A stretch of 64,000 nt of DNA from Fidelibacterota bacterium (GTDB lineage Bacteria; Fidelibacterota; Marinisomatia; Marinisomatales; Marinisomataceae): NCBI GenBank assembly GCA_965212055.1, contig OZ243041.1, forward strand, positions 64,001-128,000, given 5' to 3'. The notes under the pieces were generated by a model. That model worked only from the letters and a program-made list of their open reading frames with translations, did not search any database and was not told where the DNA came from. Of the stretch, positions 18,636 to 32,821 are shown piece after piece (the stretch's first letter is position 1; the number at the start of each line of letters is the position of its first letter). A program made the translations under genes and the position numbers.

Positions 18636-19922
18636 ATGAAATTAAACGATTTAAAAGAAAAAAAACTAAGCGATCTTCGCGAAGTTGCAAAAACTATGGG
18701 TATTGAAAAAATAACATCTTTTTCTAAAGATGAACTGATTGCAGAAATTATGAAAAATAATACTGACGATACCAAAAAAGACAACAGTAACAAAGAAACT
18801 GTTAAAAAAAATGATAATGATAATACTTCATCTGGCGTATTAGAAATTCTACCAGATGGTTATGGATTTTTAAGAAGTGTTAATGATAATTATTTACCTG
18901 GGCCTGAGGATATTTATGTAAGCCCATCTCAAATCAAACGATTTAAGTTAAAAACGGGTCATTATGTTACAGGCACCACCAGAGCACCAAAATCAAAAGA
19001 ACGATTTCATGCTTTGTTACAATTGGTAGAAGTTAATGGAGTAAACCCTGAAGACATTAGAAAACAAACTCCATTTGCAAGATATACCCCATTACATCCT
19101 AACGAAAAATTTAACCTTTCTAATACTAGCGATATGTCCATGAGGATTATGGATCTTATTGCTCCTATTGGTAAAGGACAGAGAGGATTAATTGTTGCAC
19201 AACCTAAGACAGGTAAGACAATTTTAATCTCAAAAATTGCCAATGAAATTAGAAGAAATCACCCTGAAACCGCATTAATTATACTATTAATTGATGAACG
19301 TCCGGAAGAAGTAACTGATATGAAACGAAGCGTAGACGCAGATGTTGTTAGTTCTACATTTGATGAGGGCCCAGAAAGACATGTACAAGTGTCAAATATG
19401 GCTTTAAAGAAGGCACAAAGGCTTGTTGAATGTGGTAGAGACGTAGTCATATTGTTAGATAGTATTACACGCTTAGGTAGAGCACATAATGCTGTTACCG
19501 CACATAGTGGTAAGATTTTGTCTGGAGGCGTAGATTCTAATGCATTAAGAAATCCAAAAAAATTCTTTGGAGCTGCTAGAAATACTGAAGAAGGTGGAAG
19601 TTTAACAATTATTGCAACAGCATTAATTGACACAGGCAGCAAGATGGACGGAGTAATTTTTGAAGAATTTAAAGGAACTGGTAATATGGAATTAGTTCTC
19701 GATAGAGAACTAAGTGATAGAAGAATTTACCCTTCTTTTAATATTCTTAAATCTGGTACTAGAAAAGAAGAATTATTATTATCAGATCAACACCTTTCAA
19801 GAATGTGGATTCTTAGAAAAATGCTAGGAGAAATGAACACAGAACAGGCAATGAGTTTCATGCAAGAAAGGATGAGAAGAACAAAAACTAATCAAGAATT
19901 TCTTGATTTAATGAGCAAATAA
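18636..19922 (+). CDS. rho: Transcription termination factor Rho
   Basis: [55 protein letters not shown]. Confidence 0.98.
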   Translation: MKLNDLKEKKLSDLREVAKTMGIEKITSFSKDELIAEIMKNNTDDTKKDNSNKETVKKNDNDNTSSGVLEILPDGYGFLRSVNDNYLPGPEDIYVSPSQIKRFKLKTGHYVTGTTRAPKSKERFHALLQLVEVNGVNPEDIRKQTPFARYTPLHPNEKFNLSNTSDMSMRIMDLIAPIGKGQRGLIVAQPKTGKTILISKIANEIRRNHPETALIILLIDERPEEVTDMKRSVDADVVSSTFDEGPERHVQVSNMALKKAQRLVECGRDVVILLDSITRLGRAHNAVTAHSGKILSGGVDSNALRNPKKFFGAARNTEEGGSLTIIATALIDTGSKMDGVIFEEFKGTGNMELVLDRELSDRRIYPSFNILKSGTRKEELLLSDQHLSRMWILRKMLGEMNTEQAMSFMQERMRRTKTNQEFLDLMSK

Positions 19923-19932
19923 AATTCCCGAT

Positions 19933-21132
19933 ATGTCTTCAATCCTTTTCTCGTCACTTATTGGTAAAATTAACCCGTCATTTACGCTCGAAATGACTGC
20001 TAAGGCAGCCGCGTTACGCGCACAAGGTGTGGATGTCATTAATTTCGGTGTAGGTGAACCAGATTTTAATACCCCTAACCATATTATAGAAGCTGGTAAA
20101 CAGGCTATGGATGATGGGTTTACAAAATATACTCCTGGTTCGGGAATGATTGATTTAAAACAAGCCCTCCAACATAAATTAAAAGAACAAAATAATCTAG
20201 AATATACGACTGAACAGATTATTGTTTCGAATGGAGCAAAACAGTGTCTATCGGTTGCATGTCAGGCTTTATTTGATAAAGGAGACAAGGTATTAGTTTT
20301 TACCCCTTACTGGGTTTCTTTTCCTGAATTTGTAAAAATTGCAGGAGCAACCCCTGTCTTTGTTAATACTATATCAGATAAACAATATGAACCAGATTTT
20401 GACGATTTAGAATCTAAAATTGATTCGAACATTAAAGGGGTTATTATTAATTCACCAAGTAATCCTACAGGAGGAGTTTGGTCTGATGAATCAATTTTAA
20501 GATTATTAGATTTAGCACATGCAAATAATTGGTTTGTTATATCGGACGAAACCTACGAACAGCTCGTATATGATCGTGATTTTACTTGTATTGAAAATTT
20601 GAATAAAAATAATGTTAATGTGTTAACAGTAATGAGCATGTCTAAAACCTATGCTATGACAGGATGGAGAATGGGCTATGCAGCGGGAGATAAAAATCTG
20701 ATTAAAGCAATGACTAAAATTCAAGGACAAACTACTTCTTGTCCAAATGCAATTAGTCAAAGAGCGTCTATTGCTGCATTGCTTGGAGATCATCGTCCAA
20801 TAGATGATATGAAAGAACAGTTTCGAAATAGAAGGACTGTAATGTTTGATGAATTAAGTGCTTTACCTAATGTTCATTGTTCAATGCCAGGAGGAGCATT
20901 TTATATGTTTCCAGACTTTTCATTTTATCTTAATAAAAAAACAAAAAATGATAAAATTTTACAAGACACTTTCGACCTTTCTGATTATATTCTCGACACT
21001 GCAAAAGTAGTGACAGTTCCTGGAGATGGTTTTGGAGCAAAAGGTCACCTAAGATTTTCTTTTGCTACAAACAATGAAGTAATTCAAAAGGGAGTTAGTG
21101 CAGTAAGAGAAGCTTTAGAGCAATTAAAATGA
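19933..21132 (+). CDS. Class I PLP-dependent aminotransferase (aspartate aminotransferase-like)
   Basis: GEPDF, NSPSNPTG, SDETY, SMSKTYAMTGWRMG. Confidence 0.92.
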   Translation: MSSILFSSLIGKINPSFTLEMTAKAAALRAQGVDVINFGVGEPDFNTPNHIIEAGKQAMDDGFTKYTPGSGMIDLKQALQHKLKEQNNLEYTTEQIIVSNGAKQCLSVACQALFDKGDKVLVFTPYWVSFPEFVKIAGATPVFVNTISDKQYEPDFDDLESKIDSNIKGVIINSPSNPTGGVWSDESILRLLDLAHANNWFVISDETYEQLVYDRDFTCIENLNKNNVNVLTVMSMSKTYAMTGWRMGYAAGDKNLIKAMTKIQGQTTSCPNAISQRASIAALLGDHRPIDDMKEQFRNRRTVMFDELSALPNVHCSMPGGAFYMFPDFSFYLNKKTKNDKILQDTFDLSDYILDTAKVVTVPGDGFGAKGHLRFSFATNNEVIQKGVSAVREALEQLK

Positions 21133-21383
21133 AGAAAGATATACATTCAAAAGAGTATAGATTAGTGGTTTTTGAAGATAGTTCATGTAAATATTCTTTT
21201 TTAACCAAATCTACCGTCAAAACAGATAAAACTGTTAAATGGGAAGACGGAAAAGAATACCCTCTATTTAAAATAGAGATTTCTGATCAGTCGCATCCAT
21301 ATTATACTGGTCAACGTACTTTAGTTGATACAGCTGGTCGTATTGAAAAATTCAATCGCAAGTACGGCAAAAAAACTTCCTAA
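21129..21383 (+). CDS. rpmE: 50S ribosomal protein L31 type B
   Basis: MKKDIH..YRLVVFED..WEDGKEYPL..EIS..SHPYYTG..DTAGRIEKF; lacks the CxC/CxxC zinc motifs. Confidence 0.95.
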   Translation: MKKDIHSKEYRLVVFEDSSCKYSFLTKSTVKTDKTVKWEDGKEYPLFKIEISDQSHPYYTGQRTLVDTAGRIEKFNRKYGKKTS

Positions 21384-21408
21384 CTATTTTTTAATAAATT
21401 TTTGATCT

Positions 21409-22464
21409 ATGGATATTCTATCTAAAGCTAAAGATGTTATTGTTGAGTATGACAATATTACTCAAGAAATGATTAACCCTGACAACATGTTAAATCAAGA
21501 AAAAATGATTCAATTATCAAAGAAAAGAAGCAATTTGGAAGAACTTTATACATTAAGTAAAGGATTTATTGCTCTTAAGAATGAGTTGGATGATTTAGAA
21601 GAGCTATCAAAAGAAGAAGAAATGGAAGAACTTGTTAAAAGCGAAAAACCACAGTTATTAGAAAAAATCACTACTTTTGAAAAAAATTTAACAAAAATAC
21701 TTATTACTAATGATCCCAATGATAATAAAAACGCAATTATTGAAATAAGAGCTGGAACCGGTGGAGACGAAGCAGGGTTATTTGCTGGAGATTTGTTTCG
21801 AATGTATTCTAAATATGCTGAAAAAAATAATATGTCAATCAAAGTAATGGATGTACACGAGACAGGTGTGGGAGGTTTGAAATCTATTATTTTTAATGTT
21901 GAAGGACAGAAAGCATATGGTCTGTATAAATATGAAGGAGGCGTTCATCGCGTTCAAAGAATTCCTAAAACCGAATCAGGAGGAAGAGTGCATACTTCTG
22001 CCGCCACTGTAGCTGTATTGCCTGAAGCAGAACAAGCGGAGGTTTCTGTTAATGATAATGATTTAAAAATTGATACATATCGTGCAAGCGGCGCAGGAGG
22101 ACAACATGTTAATAAAACTGAATCTGCTATCAGAATTACACACATTCCTACAGGCTTGGTTGTAACCTGTCAGGATGAAAGTTCTCAACATAAAAATAAA
22201 GCATCTGCATTAAAAGTTTTACGTGCAAGATTATTTTCTTTGGAACAAGAAAAACTTAATAAAGACAGAGACAAAATAAGAAAAAGCTTGGTATCCACTG
22301 GTGATCGATCAGCAAAAATACGAACATATAATTTTCCACAAGGACGCATTACAGACCATAGAATTAATTATACTTCTCATAAGTTCCAAGATACTTTAGA
22401 AGGCAATTTGGACCATATTATTGAGAAACTTAAACTAGAAGACGATAATTCTAAAATTAATTAA
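21409..22464 (+). CDS. prfA: Peptide chain release factor 1
   Basis: GTGGDEA, PKT (PxT) motif, GAGGQHVN, RTYNFPQGR. Confidence 0.97.
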   Translation: MDILSKAKDVIVEYDNITQEMINPDNMLNQEKMIQLSKKRSNLEELYTLSKGFIALKNELDDLEELSKEEEMEELVKSEKPQLLEKITTFEKNLTKILITNDPNDNKNAIIEIRAGTGGDEAGLFAGDLFRMYSKYAEKNNMSIKVMDVHETGVGGLKSIIFNVEGQKAYGLYKYEGGVHRVQRIPKTESGGRVHTSAATVAVLPEAEQAEVSVNDNDLKIDTYRASGAGGQHVNKTESAIRITHIPTGLVVTCQDESSQHKNKASALKVLRARLFSLEQEKLNKDRDKIRKSLVSTGDRSAKIRTYNFPQGRITDHRINYTSHKFQDTLEGNLDHIIEKLKLEDDNSKIN

Positions 22465-22465
22465 G

Positions 22466-23323
22466 ATGGATTCAAATTATTTATTAAACAACTATTTAGA
22501 AAAACAATTATTTGAACTTCATAGTCTTCAAATTGATGAATACAAGAATAAATCAGAAATAATTATTCAAAATATTATAGGAATCAGTAAAGCTCAACTT
22601 TATACAAAAACTTATTCTATTTCACAGATAGAGTTTAAAAGATTAGAAAATGCATTTTCATTGCTAAAGGACAATGCTCCTGTACAACATGTCTTACAAG
22701 AATCTTATTTTTACAATGATAAATTTTTTACTCCACCTGGCGTATTTATCCCTAGACCAGAATCCGAATTAATTATTGATTGTGTTAACAATGATTTTTC
22801 TTTCTCTGAAAAAAAGACTGTTTTAGATATAGGTAGCGGTAGCGGTTGTTTATCTATTAGCCTTGGAAATCTATATAAAAATTTTTCCATCACCGGAATA
22901 GATATTTCTCATAAAGCTGTAGAAGTATCAAGGAAAAATGCAAAGACATTAAGGGCTTCTAATGTAAAATTTGTTAATAAAGATTTTTTCAACATTAGTC
23001 TTAATCTTTTTGACATCATTATTAGCAATCCTCCTTATATCGCTATTTCTGAAATTAATAATTTAGATGATTCAGTTAGTAAGCATGATCCTCTTATTGC
23101 TTTATCCGATCAATTTGATGGTTTATCTTTCTATAAATATTTTATTGACAACATTGACTATATGTTAAAAAAAGACGGAACAATGTATTTGGAAATTCCG
23201 AATTCAAATATTACAGATAAAATTATAGACATAGTTAACAAAAAATCCAATATTGCTAACGAAATTTTTAAAGATTTTGAAGGTAATAATAGAGTAATTA
23301 AAATATATTTTAATACTAAATGA
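22466..23323 (+). CDS. prmC: Release factor glutamine methyltransferase
   Basis: FIPRPESE, LDIGSGSGC, SNPPY; follows prfA. Confidence 0.93.
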   Translation: MDSNYLLNNYLEKQLFELHSLQIDEYKNKSEIIIQNIIGISKAQLYTKTYSISQIEFKRLENAFSLLKDNAPVQHVLQESYFYNDKFFTPPGVFIPRPESELIIDCVNNDFSFSEKKTVLDIGSGSGCLSISLGNLYKNFSITGIDISHKAVEVSRKNAKTLRASNVKFVNKDFFNISLNLFDIIISNPPYIAISEINNLDDSVSKHDPLIALSDQFDGLSFYKYFIDNIDYMLKKDGTMYLEIPNSNITDKIIDIVNKKSNIANEIFKDFEGNNRVIKIYFNTK

Positions 23324-26300
23324 AGAGCGAATTTATACATTTACATAACCATTCAGACAATAGTCTGTTAGATGGAGCACAAACCATCAATACTATTATT
23401 AATACAATGGATGATTTGAGCATGGATTCTGTAGCTCTAACAGAACATGGTAATTTATTTGGGGCTATTTCTTTTTATAATCAAGCAAAAAGTAGCGGCG
23501 TTAAACCGATTATTGGTTGTGAAGTATATGTTGCAAAAGGAAGTCGTTTTGATAAAGAAAAAGGTGCAATCGGAGGTCATTATAATCATTTAATTTTACT
23601 TGCACAAAATTTTGAAGGGTATAAAAACTTGATGAAAATTGTTACCCATGGTTATCTTGAAGGATTTTATTATAAGCCAAGAGTTGATCTTGAAGTTTTA
23701 AAAGAACACAATGAAGGACTAATTTGTTTATCAGCTTGTCTTAAAGGAAGTTTAGCAGAAACACTTGTTTATAGCGGATATGAAAGCGGTAAGGCAATTG
23801 CAGAAGAATACTCAAAAATTTTTCCTAATAGATATTATATTGAATTACAAAATCATGGTATTCCAGAAGAAATTCAAAATATCAAATTAGCATCAAAATT
23901 AGCAAAAGAAATGAATTTGCCATTAATAGCTACCAATGATGCACATTATGCGCTACAAGACCATCATACTGCCCACGATGTTCATATCTGTATTGGGACT
24001 GGCAAGCAATTAACTGATACAAAAAGATTAAAATATTTTGGAAAAGAATTTTATTTTAAATCACAAGATGAAATGTTCTCTCTTTTTAAAGAATTTCCAG
24101 AAGCATTAGAGAATACAAGAGCTATAACTGATTCTATTGATTTAGAAATTCCAATGGGTGATTATCATTTGCCTTGGTATCAAATCCCTGAAAATTCAGA
24201 AATAAAAGATATTAATGATTATCTAAAAAATATTTGTGAAAAAGGAATGGAAAAAAAATTTTCTGAGCCGACAAAAGAATTAACCGAAAGATTAAACTAT
24301 GAACTATCTGTTATTAAAAAGATGGGATTTGCTAGTTACTTCTTAATTACTGCAGACTTTGTGCACTATGCCAAAAAAAATAATATTCCTGTAGGCCCAG
24401 GAAGAGGTTCTGCAGCTGGGAGCTTAGCATCATATTGTCTAGATATCACTGATATCAACCCTTTAAAACATAATCTTCTTTTTGAAAGATTTTTAAATCC
24501 TGATAGAATTAGTTTACCAGATATTGATATTGATTTTTGTATCGAAAGACGCAATCAAGTAATTGATTACATAAAAAGTATTTATGGTGAAAAATCTGTT
24601 ACTCAAATTATTACTTTTGGGAAAATGAATGCCCGTGGAGTTATAAGAGACGTAGGGCGTGTTATGGGATATTCTTATTCAGATGTAGATAAAATTGCAA
24701 AATTAATTCCTGAAGGCCCAAAAATGACTCTAGATAAAGCTTTAAAACAAAGTTCAGAATTGAGAACTCATTCACAAAATCAATATCAAGATTTAATTGA
24801 AAATGCAAAAACTTTAGAGGGAATGAATCGCCATGCATCTATTCATGCAGCAGGCGTAGTGGTTGCCCCAGGAAAGTTAACTGATTTTGTACCATTATAT
24901 AAATCTACTAATGATGATATTACAACACAGTATGATATGAATGAGCTAGAGAAATTAGGTCTCTTAAAAATGGACTTTCTTGGATTACGAAATTTAACTG
25001 TTATTGATAAAACTATTGATCTTGTTAATAAACGCTTAGGTAAAAAAATTGATATAAAGAATATTCCTTTAGATGATCCTAAAGTATATGAATTGTTTTC
25101 TAAAGGATTAACCGTTGGAGTATTCCAATTTGAATCATCAGGTATGAGAGAATATCTAAAGAAATTAGAGCCAAACGCTATTGAAGATTTAATTGCAATG
25201 ACTGCATTATATAGGCCTGGTCCAATGAAAAATATTAATCATTATATTGATCGAGCACATGGAAAAGAAAAAGTAGAATCTATACACCCCCTACTTAATG
25301 AAGTTTTAAAAGAAACACATGGTATTATAGTTTACCAAGAACAGGTAATGGAAATTGCAGCTCGCATTGCTGGCTTTACTCTAGCCGAAGCGGATGAAAT
25401 GAGAAAAGCTGTTGGTAAAAAAATTAGTTCTCTTATGAAAGAATTATCAGAAAAATTTATTAACGGAGCAATTAAAAATGGTATTTCAAAAACACAAGCT
25501 GTTCAGATTTTCGATTTAATTGACAAATTTGCTCAATATGGATTTAATAAAAGTCATGCTACAGCCTATTCTTATATTTCATATCAGACTGCTTGGTTAA
25601 AAACGCATTATCCAGCTGATTTTATGTCTGCAAATTTAACAAGCGAAATGACTAACACAGACAGAGTGGTGGTTTTGATTAATGAATGTAGGAAGCTAAA
25701 TATTAAAGTCAGTGCTCCCAATATTAATGAATCAGGAATTAATTTTGTACCAATTAATGACAGTGAAATTTCATATGGATTAAACGCTATAAAAAATGTT
25801 GGTATAAAAGCATTAGAACAATCTATTGAAACAAGGGAAAAATTAGGAAATTTTTCTTCATTTTTTGATTTTGTTTCTAAAGTAGATCAACGTTTGGTGA
25901 ATAAAAAAGTTGTTGAAAGTTTAATTATAGGCGGTGCCTTTGATTCAATACACGAAAATAGAGCTCAATTATTTAATGCAGTTGATATTGCAATTAAATA
26001 TGGTCAACAAGTACATAAAACGACCAATAAAAACCAAATTAACTTATTTGCAAATGACGAAAGCTTTCTTAAAGAACCAGACCTACCAGATATTCAAGAA
26101 TGGGATAATCAAGAAAAATTAAGTAAAGAAAAAGAAGTTTTAGGTTTATATATATCAGGAAATCCTTTATTAAAGTATGCTGATATATTAGAAGAATTAA
26201 GTAACTATGATTTTATAGAAAAAAATTATCTCAAAGAAGATACGTTGATTAAACTAGGTGGAGCAATTTCAAGTTTTAAACTTCATTATGATAAAAAGAA

Positions 26301-26742
26301 CAGACCGATGGCATTTTTTAATCTAGATTGTTTGGGCGGTCAAGTAGAAGCCATTATTTTTCATGAAGCATTTGATAAGTATAAAGAAATTATTAATGAT
26401 GGTAATATTGTATTTCTTGTTGGTAGTTCTACAGTACAAAATCAATTTGCAGATTTAAAAATTAAAGTTGACGAAGTTGTGCCTATCAATCACGCAAAAC
26501 AAGTTCTTAAAACAAAAGAAATTAATATAAAAATTGGTAAAAATATTTCAAAAGAAATACTTAGTGAAATTCATGCTTTAACGCTTCAAAATTCTGGTGA
26601 ATGTTCATTTATAGTTCATATGGCCAATGAAGACGGTTCTTCAAGAAGAATTGTTTCTAAAAAAGTCAAAGTTTCTGTTAATAATCATTTTATCACTATG
26701 TTAAAAGATTTAATAGGAGAGTCTAACGTTTGGGTTAGTTAA
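23320..26742 (+). CDS. dnaE: DNA polymerase III alpha subunit
   Basis: PHP domain HLHNHS..LLDG, GPGRGSAAGS, PDIDIDF, KMDFLGL, YGFNKSH. Confidence 0.98.
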   Translation: MKSEFIHLHNHSDNSLLDGAQTINTIINTMDDLSMDSVALTEHGNLFGAISFYNQAKSSGVKPIIGCEVYVAKGSRFDKEKGAIGGHYNHLILLAQNFEGYKNLMKIVTHGYLEGFYYKPRVDLEVLKEHNEGLICLSACLKGSLAETLVYSGYESGKAIAEEYSKIFPNRYYIELQNHGIPEEIQNIKLASKLAKEMNLPLIATNDAHYALQDHHTAHDVHICIGTGKQLTDTKRLKYFGKEFYFKSQDEMFSLFKEFPEALENTRAITDSIDLEIPMGDYHLPWYQIPENSEIKDINDYLKNICEKGMEKKFSEPTKELTERLNYELSVIKKMGFASYFLITADFVHYAKKNNIPVGPGRGSAAGSLASYCLDITDINPLKHNLLFERFLNPDRISLPDIDIDFCIERRNQVIDYIKSIYGEKSVTQIITFGKMNARGVIRDVGRVMGYSYSDVDKIAKLIPEGPKMTLDKALKQSSELRTHSQNQYQDLIENAKTLEGMNRHASIHAAGVVVAPGKLTDFVPLYKSTNDDITTQYDMNELEKLGLLKMDFLGLRNLTVIDKTIDLVNKRLGKKIDIKNIPLDDPKVYELFSKGLTVGVFQFESSGMREYLKKLEPNAIEDLIAMTALYRPGPMKNINHYIDRAHGKEKVESIHPLLNEVLKETHGIIVYQEQVMEIAARIAGFTLAEADEMRKAVGKKISSLMKELSEKFINGAIKNGISKTQAVQIFDLIDKFAQYGFNKSHATAYSYISYQTAWLKTHYPADFMSANLTSEMTNTDRVVVLINECRKLNIKVSAPNINESGINFVPINDSEISYGLNAIKNVGIKALEQSIETREKLGNFSSFFDFVSKVDQRLVNKKVVESLIIGGAFDSIHENRAQLFNAVDIAIKYGQQVHKTTNKNQINLFANDESFLKEPDLPDIQEWDNQEKLSKEKEVLGLYISGNPLLKYADILEELSNYDFIEKNYLKEDTLIKLGGAISSFKLHYDKKNRPMAFFNLDCLGGQVEAIIFHEAFDKYKEIINDGNIVFLVGSSTVQNQFADLKIKVDEVVPINHAKQVLKTKEINIKIGKNISKEILSEIHALTLQNSGECSFIVHMANEDGSSRRIVSKKVKVSVNNHFITMLKDLIGESNVWVS

Positions 26743-26754
26743 ATTGTTAAAATT

Positions 26755-27165
26755 ATGGCACTAAAACCACCAATAAGGATATTAATGGCCAAACCAGGTT
26801 TAGATGGTCACGACAGGGGAATTAAAGTTCTTGCAGCAGCATATCGTGATGCGGGAATGGATGTAATATATTTAGGTTTACGACAAACACCAAATAGCAT
26901 TGTTAAGGTTGCAATACAAGAAGGAGTCGATGTGATTGCTCTTTCAATACTTTCTGGTGCACATATGACAATTTTTACTAAAGTTATTGAGCTAATGAAA
27001 GAAAATAATTTAGAAAATATACTTGTTACAGGAGGAGGAATTATACCTGATAATGATGCCAAGAAACTATCAAAAATAGGCGTTGGGAAATTATTCGGAC
27101 CAGGAACTCCTGTAAAAAAATCTTTAGAGTATATTGAAAAATGGGTACAAAACAATAGAAGATGA
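26755..27165 (+). CDS. Stand-alone cobalamin-binding domain (methylmalonyl-CoA mutase small-subunit-like)
   Basis: KPGLDGHDRG (DxHxxG), SILSG, GGGIIP, FGPGT. Confidence 0.92.
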   Translation: MALKPPIRILMAKPGLDGHDRGIKVLAAAYRDAGMDVIYLGLRQTPNSIVKVAIQEGVDVIALSILSGAHMTIFTKVIELMKENNLENILVTGGGIIPDNDAKKLSKIGVGKLFGPGTPVKKSLEYIEKWVQNNRR

Positions 27166-27605
27166 TTAACAATATTCACAAAACATATCTCAAAGGAGAA
27201 AAAGCATTTGAGAAAGGAGAATTTGTAACTGCAAAAAAACATTTATTGTCAGTTGTGGATCATGATAGCAATTATTATGCTGCTTATTTATTGCTTTTTG
27301 AAATTGCAGATAAAAATAATCCATCTTTTAAGAAGATTGTCTTTGAAGAATTAAAACGATTAAATCCATCACTCAATATTGAGTATAAAGCTCCAAAAAG
27401 TAATCGCAAAAAAATAACAAGAAACAAAAAACAAAATAACCCTATTCTTACAATCCCTTATATCAAATTATTGGTTCAACAAGGAAAGATTTTACAAGCG
27501 AAAAAAAGCCTAAAAATAATTTTAGATACTACAAAAAATAAAAAACAAATTAATGAAGCAAAAAAATTTTTAAATGGTTTAGACAAAGGTAAAAATACAA
27601 AATGA
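27162..27605 (+). CDS. Hypothetical protein with TPR-like helices
   Basis: 147 aa, 4-nt overlaps on both sides; YLKGEKAFEKGEF..AKKHL and LVQQGKILQAKK look like TPR helices. Confidence 0.6.
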   Translation: MINNIHKTYLKGEKAFEKGEFVTAKKHLLSVVDHDSNYYAAYLLLFEIADKNNPSFKKIVFEELKRLNPSLNIEYKAPKSNRKKITRNKKQNNPILTIPYIKLLVQQGKILQAKKSLKIILDTTKNKKQINEAKKFLNGLDKGKNTK

Positions 27606-28690
27606 GCGATCAATATTTCATTAATAGACAAAACAAGCTTAGAGAATTATTGGCTAAAAATCATTTAGATGGAATGCTCGTTACTAATCTTATTCATATA
27701 AGATATTTATGTGGTTTTACCGGGTCTGCTGGCTCTTTAGTTTTAACCGCTAATAGTTGTGATTTCATCACTGATGGGCGTTATACTTTTCAATCAAAAA
27801 ATGAAGTAAAAGGAGCTAAAACAACTATTAGTAGCGATCTTCACCTCAATGTAATCAAAAAAAATAATTTATTAGTTTCTGGTGCAAAGATTGGTTGTGA
27901 TTCTAAAAATATATCCCATCAAACTTATCTTGAATTGCAAAAAACCTTGTCAAATATTATTTGGAATAATATTTCAGGATATATTGAATCTTTGGCAATG
28001 GTTAAAGACGATAAAGAAATTCAAGCGATAAAAACAGCTGTAGAAATTACTGATAAAGCATTCGCAGAAGTTTTCCCAATGATTCAGATTGGTGTTCAAG
28101 AAAAATATATAGCAAATAAATTATCTTTTCTTTATAGACAGTATGGCGATGCAGATGCAGATGCATTTTCACCAATAGTTGGAAGCGGCCCACATTCTGC
28201 AATGCCCCATCAGAGACCAACTGAAAAAGAAATTGGTCCAGGAGAACTCGTTGTTATTGATTCTGGTGCAAAATATGCTGGTTATCATGCAGATATGACT
28301 CGTACAGTTGCAACCGAAGGCTATTCTGAACAACAAAAAGATATTTATAATATTGTTTTAGAAGCACAATTAAAAAGTATTGAAGGTATCAAACCTGGTG
28401 CATCTTGTAAAGAAATTGATTCTATTGCCCGTACACATATCACAGATGCTGGGTATGGTAAATATTTTGATCATGGACTTGGACACTCACTTGGTTTAGA
28501 AATTCATGAAGATCCAAGATTTAGTAAAATAAGTAAAGATACTTTAAAATCAAATTATGTTATGACTGTAGAGCCGGGTATTTATCTTGAGGATATTGGA
28601 GGGGTTCGTATCGAAGATGATGTTGTTGTAACAGACAATGGATATGAAGTCCTTAATAAAACCTCAAAAGATTTCACAGTAATTTCATAA
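27602..28690 (+). CDS. Xaa-Pro aminopeptidase/dipeptidase (M24)
   Basis: YLCGFTGS, TDGRY, GYHADMTRT, HGLGHSLGLEIHE, TVEPGIY, GVRIEDD. Confidence 0.94.
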   Translation: MSDQYFINRQNKLRELLAKNHLDGMLVTNLIHIRYLCGFTGSAGSLVLTANSCDFITDGRYTFQSKNEVKGAKTTISSDLHLNVIKKNNLLVSGAKIGCDSKNISHQTYLELQKTLSNIIWNNISGYIESLAMVKDDKEIQAIKTAVEITDKAFAEVFPMIQIGVQEKYIANKLSFLYRQYGDADADAFSPIVGSGPHSAMPHQRPTEKEIGPGELVVIDSGAKYAGYHADMTRTVATEGYSEQQKDIYNIVLEAQLKSIEGIKPGASCKEIDSIARTHITDAGYGKYFDHGLGHSLGLEIHEDPRFSKISKDTLKSNYVMTVEPGIYLEDIGGVRIEDDVVVTDNGYEVLNKTSKDFTVIS

Positions 28691-28692
28691 AA

Positions 28693-31648
<2,956 letters not shown>

Positions 31649-31649
<1 letters not shown>

Positions 31650-32821
31650 TGTTTAGATATCTTATATTTTTTTTGTTAACTATTGTTTTTGCACAAGATA
31701 CTCTTGTTATTGAATCTTCGATTGTAGCAAAAGGATTAAACAAGCCCCTACTTGTCCGTTTTCACCCCGAAACCAATACAATGTATGTGGTTCAACAAAC
31801 AGGTGAAATTGTTATTGTTAATAATGAGACACCCTCTGAAAATTTATTTTTAGATATTAGTGATAAAATAGCTTTATCTATAATGCCAGGAGATGAAAGA
31901 GGTTTCTTAGGCATGGTGTTTGATCCAAACTATGTTAAAAATGGATATTTCTACATTTGTTATGTTGACAAGGAGAATCACTCTGTTGTTTCGAGAATGC
32001 AAGTATCTGACAATCCATTAATTGCTGATAAAAATTCTGAATTAATCTTACTACGTTTTGAACAACCATTTAATAATCATAATGGTGGACATCTTGAATT
32101 TGGTCCTAAAGATGGTTATTTATATATTGGATTTGGTGATGGAGGAAGTAGAAGCGATCCTTTTGGAAATGCTCAAAAATTAGACAACCTTTTTGGTACA
32201 ATATTGAGAATAGACACCAATACTGATGCTGGATATACTATTCCTAAATCGAATCCATTTTATAATGATAAAAATAAAAAAGGAGAAATTTGGTCATATG
32301 GCCTAAGAAATCCTTGGCGATTTTCGTTTGATTCTATGAATGGAGATATTTTTATTGGTGATGTTGGTCAAGATTCATGGGAAGAAATTGATTATATCGA
32401 ATCAGGTGTAGGCGGAACAAATTTTGGTTGGAATATTATGGAAGGCAATCATTGTTATCTAGATTCAACATGTGTGTCTGATCAATATATCAACCCTATT
32501 ATTGAATATCCTAGTGATGCAAATTATATGAAAAGCCTGGTTGGACGCAAGCAAACAAATGTATCTGGATGTTCAGTGACCGGAGGCTATGTATATAGAG
32601 GAAAGAAAATAAATAATTTATATGGCAAATATATTTTCTCTGATTTTTGTACTGGAGAATTATGGGCTTTCGATTATCAAAAAGATATTATTTACGAGAT
32701 TACTGAATCTGTTTTATCGGATGATAGGCATATGATATCTTCTTTTGGAGAAGATATTTATAAAGAACTTTATATTGTAGACTTCTTAGGTGTAATATAT
32801 AAAATGGAACCAGGGGAATAA
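31649..32821 (+). CDS. PQQ-dependent sugar dehydrogenase (GSDH family)
   Basis: ERGFLG, HNGG, GDGG, GLRNPWR, GDVGQ, SVTGGYVYRG, SSFGED. Confidence 0.88.
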
